NCBI RefSeq assembly: GCF_009914755.1
Contig: NC_060930.1
Source: the human T2T-CHM13v2.0 reference genome, Homo sapiens
Length of the DNA: 64,000 nt
Direction: 5' to 3' (one strand)
Below the pieces are notes generated by a model. The model had not been told where the DNA came from. It worked only from the letters and a program-made list of their open reading frames with translations, and did no database searches. Below, in pieces: positions 19,847 to 30,584 of the stretch. A program made the translations under genes and the position numbers. Within the stretch, counting starts at the first letter, position 1. Each line of letters opens with the position of its first letter.

Positions 19847-20135
19847 GCCCAGGCATGGTGACTCACACCTGTAATCCCAGCACTTTGGGAGGCTGAGGCA
19901 GGGTATCACTTGAGGTCAGGAGTTTGAGACCAGCCTGACCAACATGGAGAAACCCCATCTCTACTAAAAATACAAAGTTAGCCGGGTGTGGTGGCGCATG
20001 CCTGTAATCCCAGCTACTCGGGAGGCTGAGGCAGGAGAATCACTTGAGCCCAGGCGGTTGGAGGTTGCAGTGAGCCAAGATTGTGCCATTGCACTCCAGC
20101 CTGGGCAACAAGAGCAAAACTGCATCCAAAATAAT
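19847..20135 (+). mobile_element. AluSp
   Basis: Diagnostics ctgaccaacatggagaaacc, gcgcatgcctg and aacaagagc. TSD AATAATGAGGA at 19836-19846 and 20136-20146. Confidence 0.92.
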
Positions 20136-20214
20136 AATAATGAGGAAAAATGAGAGGTATATTGGTTTTTTTAGCTACCATGTTGAAAATGCATGTATTT
20201 ATTTTTAAAAGCAT

Positions 20215-20350
20215 AAAATGATTAATAAATGTTATAAATTATATATTTAATATAAACATGTTTAATATTTTAAATATAAAATGTTTTATATAAAATATAT
20301 GTTTAAATATAAAATATGTTTATACTATTAAATATAATATGTATTAATAT
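20215..20350. repeat. AT-rich low-complexity tract
   Basis: Almost entirely A/T, with degenerate aaaatatgttt units. Confidence 0.8.
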
Positions 20351-20669
20351 TGGGATAGGAAATTGTTGCTGGAATGGCTAAGCAGTATTTTGATATTCCC
20401 ATAAAGAAAGAGACTTTATGGCTAAGAGACTTTGGCTAGGACTTAGAGTTCTCATGTGGAATGTGGTTCAAGGAGTTGTAACAACCATAACAAGGACAAC
20501 AAATTCATTTTATTGGAAAAATTACGTGGAAAGCTGCATGTAGGCCAGTGAATGTGATAAATGCATATAGCAAATTTGATAGGTGGAAGTCCAAAATCTA
20601 CTATGGAGAAATACGAAGGTTCACATGTTCACATTGGTTCTCTATTATAATCCATTGCTACTCATCAAA

Positions 20670-20915
20670 TCTAATATTTAACATGTGTTAAGCACTCGTT
20701 AGGTACCAGGTGCTGGGCTAACCTTAGGCCAGCATCTAAGCTGTAGGTGGACTAAACTTTACATGCACGATCCTATTTCACTCTCATAACAATCCTCTGA
20801 GCTCAAGCTTATTAATCCCCATTTTGCAGGTCAGGAAGCTAAAGCTTCCTTAGGAGTGTTAACACTTAAGGTCATTTGGAGCCAGGACTTTAACTTGGGT
20901 TGCTCTGACCCCAAA
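20670..20915 (-). mobile_element. MIR
   Basis: ctcataacaatcctctgag...atccccattttgcaggtcaggaagctaaagc. Confidence 0.7.
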
Positions 20916-21624
20916 GTGAGAAAGCCAAACCTCATACAAAAGACATGAATATCCAAGTAAAAGAAAGGAGACAGGAAGGGTAAAGAAGGGGGAACTGAGC
21001 TGGGTGTGTCTGAAAGGCAAAGATGTTGGTGAGGGAGTCTAACTTCCTGAGTCCTCTGAAGAGGTGCCCACCGAACTCAAAAAGTCTGCTTAAAAGAAGA
21101 ATGCAGAGAGAAAGGAAACCATTTCAATCAAGCGGAGGAGACACTACCTGCTTTACACTTTCATTGTTCTTGGGGAAAGTGGCAGCCTTTGTATGTCCTT
21201 TTCTATGCTTAGCAGGAAGGGGCATAGGGACCCTAGGAAGTCGAAGAGCTCCATGGGGTCAAGAGGTACATGGGCAGTGCCTAAGGCGCAGGCAGTGGAG
21301 AGACAGCTGGGGTACTAAGGCCCATCTGCTAAAACGGCTTTGCAGTGGAGCCTCTGTGTTTAAGCAGCTGAGTAGCTCCATTTTATCTGTGACACGGCAC
21401 AAACTCAGATTGGGCAAGCACATCTCCATTTCATCAGAATCTAAGCAATTGAAAGCCATAGTAGAGCTAATTCCTTCTCTGTTTAAAAAATATTTTTTTG
21501 TTGATACTGCTGAAGACCTTTTGTAAGCAGCAGGAAGCCAATGGCTGGATGACAGTAGAGTGGAGAGAACTCAGGATTCGGAGACAGGAGATGCTTCTAG
21601 ACCCACCTGCTCCTTGGTTTTCTT

Positions 21625-21870
21625 AGTGGACATAATCATTGTCCCCAAATGTTTCCTCATGCCCCTTATAATCTCACCCTCTCCCCACCTCCCACCTCAG
21701 GCAACCACTGATCTGCTGTCACTATAGATTAGTTTGACTTTTCTAGAATTATATGTAGATGAACTCATACAGTATGTAATCTTTTTTGTCTGGCTTCTTT
21801 CACTAAGCACAATTATTTTAAGATTCATCCATGTTGTTGCTGTGTATGAATAATTCATTCCCTTTTATTA
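21625..21870 (-). mobile_element. L1MB/ME 3' fragment
   Basis: caggcaaccactgatctgct...ttgtctggcttctttcactaagcacaattattttaagattcatccatgttg. Confidence 0.75.
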
Positions 21871-22272
21871 ACTCTTAAGAAATAGAGACAAATAGGCAAT
21901 TAGACAATGCAAAGAATTCATTCAGGAAAGCTCCTTCCGGAGCCTGGTCTAGGCTCAGTGGGGACTCTGCCACAGAGCCTATGCCTGGATCCTACCGTGC
22001 AGTCAAGTCAACAACTCGGGACATAGTCACCAGGCATGTGCTATGTACCAAGCATGGGTTTGGCAATAGGGGTGCCAGTGAACAAGTCCCCACTCCACTC
22101 GCAAGGAGCCATTAGTCTGCTGGTGGGGGAGACTAAGCGTTCATGGTGATAAGCCTCAGACTGTGAGATCTAGAAGTATCTCCTGAACAAAAGAAAGATC
22201 AAATTACTTTAAATTTACCTTTGGTAATAAGTATGTTTTGTGATATCTTTATGTTGTTGTAATTTAAAATGG

Positions 22273-22809
22273 TGTGCTGGTTATCCATTGCTGCAAAACA
22301 AAGTACCCCAGAACTTGCAGCTTAAACAAGCATTTGTTATCTCAGTTTCTGTGAGTCAAGAATCCAGGAGGAGTTTATTGGGTAGTTCTGGCTCCAGGCC
22401 TCTGATGAGGTTGAAGTCAAGATGTCGGCCAGGGCTGCAGTCACATCTGAAGGCTCAACTGTTGGGCGACCTGCTGCCAGGCAGCATCGTTGTTGGTAGG
22501 CCTCAGGTCTTTACTGGTTATTAGCCAGAGACTTTAATTCTTTGTCCCATGAGACTTTCCATTGACTGCCTCAGTGTCCTCATGCAATAGCATCTGGCTT
22601 CCCCAAAGTGTGTGATATGAGAGAGATGGAAGCCACAGTCTTTGTAACCTAATATCAGAAGTGGCATTCCATTCCTCATGCTGTATTGCATTGATCACAA
22701 AGACCAACCCCAGTAAAATGAGGAAGGGAATTGCATAAGGGATAGATGGCTTACCAGGATGGGAAGCCAGGATGTATTAGCCTTCTCCTCTTGGGAGCTA
22801 GCTAACACA
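22273..22809 (-). mobile_element. MLT1 (ERVL-MaLR) solo LTR
   Basis: tg...ttatccattgctgcaaaacaaagtacccca...cagggctgcagtcacatctgaaggctcaactg...aca. Confidence 0.75.
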
Positions 22810-23041
22810 ACACATAACAATGAACCGATGGATTTCCTTAGCCATAGTACCTGATTCCAGGGTGTATTCTGTATGAATGGAAATTTAATTTGATTAAACC
22901 TGTGAAGGACATTCAAATATCATGGTGGCTTTTAATATGACAAATTGCCAGTAAGACATAGAGTGAATAAAGTTGCTATACATTGCCCTGATCCCCATTT
23001 ATTTACATGTCACAGATTTGTTTCACTAAGGCAGACCCGTG

Positions 23042-23055
23042 GTTACCATGGCAAC
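23042..23055. promoter_or_regulatory. Perfect RFX X-box GTTACCATGGCAAC
   Basis: Exact match to the palindromic GTTRCCATGGYAAC consensus, in non-repeat sequence. Confidence 0.55.
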
Positions 23056-23844
23056 AGCTCAGAGGTAAGTTTCACTGAAGCACAAATGCCATGTGAGAAG
23101 CAAAATTAAGGAGACTTAGAACAAAGAGCAGAAAAAGTGTCTTTATTTTTGCAAGTAGACCTGGTCAATTTAAAATTGTGCAAGAAAAGCCAAAGAGAGC
23201 CTCAAAAAGAGGTTATGCACAGCTTCATTTAAAAGAAACACTTTTAAAATGAAGGACTTGATGGAAAGTACTTCAGAACATGCAGAGAACATGCATTATG
23301 CAGAAATTTAAATACAAACCTGGGATGGGATGGGGAACAGAGAGGAAGTGGGAGGTGGTGGGCAGAGTTAGGGGTGAGGAGACATGAGAAGAAACTGGGT
23401 CCAGAGCAGGTGTCCTGAGTCAATTTGGTCCAGTGGTTTGTTCCTGGTGTGGCCCATGGCTCCAGCTAAAAAACTGCTCAGTTGGCCTCTCAGCATCTCA
23501 GACACCTGCCCTCTTCCCAAAGCTGCTTTGAGCAATGTTAGTCTGGTATTTTGAGGCTCCCAAATAAGGACATTGTGCCTGTGAAAAACCTCAGGGATCT
23601 CCAAGCAGACCTCCAAGTGCTCTTTCTTTTCTTCTTAATGCTATATAAGGAGGAAGGAAAAAAATCAACACAGTCCATGTAAAACACATCTTTGGGGAAA
23701 CAAAGAAAAACGTGCCTTAGAAGTTCTAGGTAGGAACTTCTAAATGCCAACTCAAGGCCTTCCTGGAGCAAGTGACTCCCCCACCCCGAGAATGATGTTC
23801 TGGTAGCAAGTGAAAAAAGAGGGCAACTAACAGTGTCTGGCATG

Positions 23845-25600
23845 TTCATTAAAATCTCCAGCTATCGTTGTGAGTTTGTCAATTCATTCCCCTGTGTAAT
23901 TGGGTCCATTTTTGTTTTGATACTTCAGGCTGTGTTTCAAAGGTATATGGATTCACTACTTTCACATCTTCATGTTGGAGTGTGGCTGTGACCATTAATT
24001 AATAACTTCCTTTATCCTATTAGTGCTCTCCTTCTATTCTGTTTTTTGATATGAACTTTGCTATGTCACTTTTCTTTGAATTAGTGATGGTCTTTCTGGA
24101 TTATTAAATTTTTGGTGTTTCTTGCAACATCAATGGGCTCAATTTTCTTTTTCATCCAATTTCAGAGTCTTTATTTAGAAATAGATGAGTTTATTTACAT
24201 TTATTGGATGGCTAATACTTTTGGATTCATTCTACCACCTACTTTTTTGTTTTCTATTTACCATGACTTTTTCCTCTTATCCTTTTGTTCTTTTTTCCTG
24301 CCTTCTATTGTATCAAGTCTTCTTTTCTTCTATAATTTTTGAGGTTAAATATTTAGTCTCCATTTTTTGTAGTTATGACATTTTTGACATGTATTCATAA
24401 ATTTATATTTTAAATAAAGCAACAAGCTAATAAATATGTTTGTCTTAATTCTCAAAAAGGCAAGGACATCTAAGCCCCTTCCATCCTTCCCCTTCCATGT
24501 GTTATTAAGTATTAACATTTCATCATGTTTTAAACTTTCCCTCCAGAGTGAGTTATGATTAAAAGTTTAAGAGCCAATTTTATGTGAATCTACCAGCAGA
24601 CTGTTTTGTGGATTCACATCTCTTCTCGATAAAGTACATCCTTTAGTAGTTCTTTGAGCAAGGATTCAGTGAGTAGTCAAATCTTAGATTTTATTCATTT
24701 GAAATGTATTAATTTACCCTCCCTCTTGAATGATGGACTTGCTAGTTACAAAAGTTTAAGTTTTCAATTATCTTTCTTATCCCTTTGAAGATATCATTGT
24801 GTTGCTTTCTGACATTTGTAATTGCTAATGAGGAATCTGATTGTGACTTTCTTCAAAAATTTTTTTCACTAGTTTTTTTCTTAAGTTTTAAAACTTCTTT
24901 TCCTTGGCTTTCCATAACTTCATCTGTGTTATTCTGCTTGTTAGTTTGTTTCCCTTGGAATTTGGCACAGCTTTTGACATTAGGAGTCCTGTCCTGAGTT
25001 CTAGAATCTCAGCTATTTTCTACTTGACCCCCGCTCCTCCTATTTATCTCTGTTTTCACCTTCTAGAATTCCCATAGATTAATACTGGGGCTTCTATTTC
25101 TATCCTCCACATCTTTTATTTTTATTTCTGTATTTTATATCTCTTATCACAAATGTGTTCTGTTTTAGATGATTTCTTCAGCTATACCTTCCAGTTAATC
25201 AATTCTCTCTTCAGTTTCATGTAAGCTATTGTTCAACCTGTCTGTGAAAGATTATTGTTTCAGTGGCCACAAGTTATCTTTCTAGAATTTCTATTTGGCT
25301 AATTTTTAAGTCCATTGTTCTTTTCCTTTTTATGTTCTATTATATTCTATTCCTTCCTTTGTTTAAAAGTTATTTTCTGATTGCTCTGTTATCCATGGTT
25401 CTTTTGTATATTTTTCTCATATTTATTGTGCAGTTAGTTAACATTGTTGTACCAGTGTTTGATATGAATTCCTTATCTGCCTCGTAATTTTTGTCTGTGA
25501 GCTCATCTTCAATAGGAATACCTTTTGCAAAGGTCTCACAGGTACCCTGAGTTGCTAAGGGCTTCCTATGGGAGTGTTTCCCCATTGCCTCTGAAACTGT
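23845..25600 (-). mobile_element. Highly diverged L1M/HAL1-type fragment
   Basis: T-rich antisense L1 features (taaaatctccagctat...gtttgtcaatt; ccttccagttaatcaattctctcttcag). Confidence 0.55.
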
Positions 25601-26048
25601 TCCAGAACTGGAATAGTTTTCTGTTAGAGATCTTGACCCTGTATAGTGTTAAGAATTCTAGCCACATATCAACACTCAGCAGAAGTTATGGCTTCCAGTT
25701 TCTAACAATTGATTTAATTTTCGCCAACAGCCCAGGGCCAGAGACCTGCTTCCTGATTGTATCATAGGTCATATTCAAGAGTTTTCCTAGTCTCAATTCA
25801 TATACAAAATTACAATTTTTTTTTTTGTGGCTCCAGGTTTCTTGGAATAGCCTAGTATCAGGAGTTCCTAAAACTTTGTCCCTAATCCGTAACATCACAA
25901 CCCCACCTCCTATAATGTATTTCCAGTTTAGTTACTTATGTGCCATACAATTTTGCCTCTCACTCAGTGAAGTAGATTTTCTATTTTTTTCTGGTACCTG
26001 GCAGCTTTTTTAGTTGCCCCTAAACATGTTTTAAGAATAAATCTATGG

Positions 26049-26368
<320 letters not shown>

Positions 26369-26834
26369 TCATGAGAGACGCTTCCTGCAGCAGTTTATTC
26401 TGTCATCTTGAGTTTGAATCCCAAGAACAATGTTTTTACTTAGAGCTCATGTTTATCTGGGTTGCTTTTCAGAGGATATAAGGGGAACTTAAAAACCTCC
26501 TCGAATTACTTTTTAGGGCTGTGCTATTGGTAGCTTAGTGAGACAGAACAGATCAGAGAAGGAAACAATATATCAGGCTATTTTTCCTGTTCTCTTTATT
26601 GTTCTTATAAAAAGTGATTTTAGGGGCAAATATCCACTGAAGATATTGTGAAGAAACCACTCAGAAATTCTGTATTTTATGCTTCTTAAAATGTATCTTA
26701 AAGTTTACGTGCTTAATGAGCTTGAATTTTATACTTTCATAACTCCAAGCTTTGAAAAGAAGAACATAGAAATGATTTGATGTTTACAAAGGAAATGACT
26801 GGGTGTATATTTTACTAATACAACACAAAGCTAA

Positions 26835-27183
<349 letters not shown>

Positions 27184-27827
27184 CACAATAATAACTTTTA
27201 AAAGATTACAAGAAAAGAAAGGGAAAAGGCTAGAATAAACCCTATGGTGTTGGATTTATGAAGGTATCAGTATAAACTCGCGTTTTTTAAATATAAATAT
27301 AAATAGAGGGATAAATATCAATGTGAATATGCATGGATTAGTATACATGCATTTACTTCTAGCTGTGTTTGCTTAAATGGCCTGAAAGCATTGACACCTC
27401 TGTGGCAATGAATACATCTAGTGTCTAGATCTTGGTTTCAAAATACCACTCTTCAATAAAAAGAACCAAGAATCCACGGAGAAGTGGCTGATTCCAGAGC
27501 TGGGGCAGGGAATATACAATAAAAAGTGCCTGGAGTGTCTTGAAATGCCAAAAAATAAGGAAATGCTCAAAAAAGGATGAGATTTCTCAAAAGCACACTG
27601 GAACTCCTTCAAGGAGCAACCAATGACCAAAGAGGAAACAATTTGAGCAACAAAATTATAACCCACAGGATAAAGTCGATATCCAGAAACCTATACTGAT
27701 AAATACATAATTAAAGGAATAAATATTAGAGAGACAGCTCTTCCTTACAGAATTCCAATTAGTCAAGGAATAATGAAACAGAAAAACACTTTTTTTCTTA
27801 ATTGGTATGTTCATTAAAAACAGACTA

Positions 27828-28090
27828 GGCCAGGCGTGGTGGCTCACGCATGTAATCCCAGCACTCTGGGAGGCCGAGGTGGGCAGATCACAAGGTCAAG
27901 AGATTGAGACCATCCTGGCCAACATGATGAAACCCTGTCTCTACTAAAAATACAAAAATTAGCCAGGTGTGGTGGCATACACCTGTACTGAGGCAGGAGA
28001 ATCAGTTGAACCCAGGAGGCGGAAGTTCCAGTGAGCCAAGATCCGAGATCACGCCACTGCACTCCAGCCTGGGCAACAGAGTGAGACTCT

Positions 28091-28118
<28 letters not shown>
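27828..28118 (+). mobile_element. AluSc with ~20-bp right-arm deletion, inserted in the TOMM5 retrocopy 3' UTR
   Basis: gtcaagagattgagaccatcctggccaac. TSD AAAAACAGACTA at 27816-27827 and 28119-28130. Confidence 0.92.
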
Positions 28119-28123
<5 letters not shown>

Positions 28124-28268
28124 CAGACTAATAATCCTGTGTTTAAATAGCATTGTGGTTGTGTGCTGACTTCCATAAAACACGACTGGTTGTAAGGGAC
28201 TCCACAAATACACTTCGTACAGAAGTAAAAAGGTAAACAGAAATGTCTGACAAAACAGTGCCATTTCA

Positions 28269-28535
28269 CAGTTCTGCCAGCCGTGGTAGGGCTGCTATGG
28301 GGCATCCAGGACTGTGGGGGTCTGGAGGAGGGGACATGAGGTGAGAGGTATCCTGGCCGAGGGCAGGCGGCAGTGGGGGCTCTCCCTCCAGACCTACCTC
28401 AGGGAGCTGAGCGTGCAGGCGCTCTAGGGCAGGCCTCGGACAGTCAAGGCCCAGAGAATAAAGGTAGCTAATCTCATAATATTTTTATCAGAATGTTCTG
28501 GTGATAAAAATAAAACTTGTTTTCTTTTAAAAAAA
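28269..28535 (+). pseudogene. 5'-truncated retrocopy of an unidentified mRNA 3' end (or orphan transduction) inside the TOMM5 retrocopy
   Basis: GC-rich 267-bp island with AATAAA at 28457-28462 and 28509-28514 and an A-tail from 28529. Perfect TSD AGTGCCATTTCA at 28257-28268 and 28536-28547. Confidence 0.8.
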
Positions 28536-28894
28536 AGTGCCATTTCAGACATAGTTCCCTTAATTATTATTAATACATGCTAGAAAATGGAGTTTGACAT
28601 TATTTACAATTATACCAACATTGACAGAGGCCAAATGTCACAAGCACAACAGCACACCCTGACCACAAGATGTCTTTTCATACTTCTCAATAGTTTCATA
28701 TTTTAGCTATAATTAGTTTTATATTTTGGCTGAGAACAAGTTTAGCTGAGCCAAACTTGTTCTTAAGAAGCAGAATTTTTATACCCAACCATTAAAGAGT
28801 CTCTTACAGTTTTCTGGGCCTATTTGCTTGCAGAGAGTTGTAGAAACTGTAACCAGGTTCTGCATATTATACATTCACATATGATACTCAATAT

Positions 28895-29050
28895 TCATAT
28901 GCTGTGTAATTTCTTTAAGATAAAAGGAATGATTTGCAGCAGGGCCATGTAGATGAGGAAGTTCCATATGGAGGAGATCACATCCTCACACAACTTCCAT
29001 TTCATCTCCTCCATATCCAGCTTCTGCGCAAAGCCCTGGATCTGAAACAT
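28895..29050 (-). CDS. Open 51-aa TOMM5-like retro-ORF (expression unknown)
   Basis: gccacaATG...TGA gives [51 protein letters not shown]. 37/51 identical, ungapped, to human TOMM5 as I recall it ([51 protein letters not shown]). The low confidence refers to being translated; the homology is secure. Confidence 0.3.
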
Positions 29051-29846
29051 TGTGGCTCTGACTCACCAGCCTTCAGCTGCCGCTGAAAATCACTCTTAGA
29101 ACACCACAGTAATTGTTGCAGACATGATCTGCTGATGGATGTCAACAAGATTGAGCCAAAGTTTCAGGGTAAATAGGATATTTTCATAGTCTCAAAGTAT
29201 CTCTCCCCACCCCCAATTATTATTAATTACAAAGGGAAAGATAGAAACTTTAGAATGGAGGAGTCCAGCAGACCTGACCTTAGCCACGTTGGCAAAGTTA
29301 ATACCAGTAATGAGACATATTGAAGTCACGCACCCTTGGATATGATGGACTGAGCAGAGTGCATTGCTTCTGTAATGTTCTTTTCAGAAATGCATAACCT
29401 CCATCTAATGAGGAGAAACCATAAGATGAACTCAAATCGAGAGGAAAAAACCTACAATTCTGCAAAATCGCCAAGGTTATAAGAGACGAGGAAAGACTGA
29501 AGAGCCATCTAAGGCTGGAGGAGACCAAGGAGGCAAGACCAAGTGCAAGGTGAAATCTTGGATTGGATCCTGGACCAGAAAAAAAAGGCATTAGCTGGAA
29601 AACTGGGAGAATATGAATAATGACTATAGTTTAGTATTGTGTTGTATTAATGTTAATTTCATAGTTTTGGTCCCTGAACTCTGGGTACAGAGACATTAAT
29701 GTTAGGGCAGTCTGGGTGAATGGTGTACAGGAATTCTAAGAAATATTTTTAAAACTTTTCTGTAAGTCTAAAATTATTTCAAACTAAAAAGGTTGTTTTA
29801 TGTTGGGAACATTCTAAATCTTGACTCCTAGCTATTTTGAAATATA

Positions 29847-30584
29847 GAGTTGGCCCTTGAACAAGTGTTGAATTGTGAAGGTCCACTTGTAAGTAGATGT
29901 TATTCCACTTCAGCCACCCCTGAGACAGCAAGACCAACCCCTCCTTGTCCTCCTCCTCCTTATTGTACTCAGTGTGAAGATGACAAGGTCAAGACCTTTC
30001 TGATAATCCATTTCCTCTTAATAAATATTCAATATATTTTTTCTTCCGTATGATTTTCTTTGTTTTAGAGGCAGGGTCTTACTCTGTTGCCCAGACTTGA
30101 GGGCAGTGGTGTGATCATAGCTCACTGCAGCCTCAAACTTCTGGCCTCAAGTGATCCTCTCACCTCAGCCTCTCAAGTAGCTAGAACTACAGGTGCATGC
30201 CACCACATCCAGCTAATTTAGTCCATTTTTTGTAGAACTGGGGTCTTGCTGTGTTGCCCAGGCTGGCCTCAAACTCTTGGGCTCAAGTGATCCTCCCATC
30301 TCAGCTTCCTAAGGTGTTGGGATTAAAGGCATGAGTCACTGTGTCCCACCCTTATTTTCTTAATAACATTTTCTTTTTTCTAGCTCACTCTATTGTAAGA
30401 ATACAGTATATAATACATAGAAGAAATATGTGTTAACTGACTATTTACATTATTAATAAAACTTCTGGTGAACAGTAGGCTATTAGTAGGTAAGTGTCAG
30501 GGAAGTCAAAAGTTATACACAGATTTTCAACTGCACGAGGGGGTTGGCCCTCCCCCTACTCCCATGTTGTCCAAAGGTCAACTG
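29847..30584 (+). mobile_element. Tigger2a DNA transposon
   Basis: TA-flanked TIRs (ta)gagttggcccttgaacaa...ttgtccaaaggtcaactg(ta); gccacccctgagacagcaagaccaacccctcc. Confidence 0.85.
30058..30350 (-). mobile_element. AluJ inside Tigger2a
   Basis: gatcatagctcactgcagcctc and ctcaagtgatcctccc; TSD-like ATTTTCTT on both sides. Confidence 0.88.

Larger units (their letters stand above)
27791..29084 (-). pseudogene. Processed TOMM5 retrocopy (5' UTR remnant, open ORF, 3' UTR, A-tail remnant), interrupted by two later insertions
   Basis: Intronless ORF homologous to TOMM5. T-run at 27790-27796 is the tail remnant, with a degenerate signal AATGAA at 27810-27815. TSD-like GAAAAACACT (27781-27790) / GAAAATCACT (29085-29094). 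L1MC-type sequence resumes on both sides. Confidence 0.9.
27185..29790 (+). mobile_element. L1MC4/L1MD-type 3' UTR, split by the TOMM5 retrocopy (L1 parts ~27185-27790 and ~29085-29790)
   Basis: tagatcttggtttcaaaataccactcttcaataaaaagaacca; attaattacaaagggaaa; ends ttttctgtaagtctaaaattatttcaaa. Confidence 0.8.

Noticed and set aside
21023-21526. 167-aa + strand ORF
   Set aside because: No recognisable homology, promoter or splice context.
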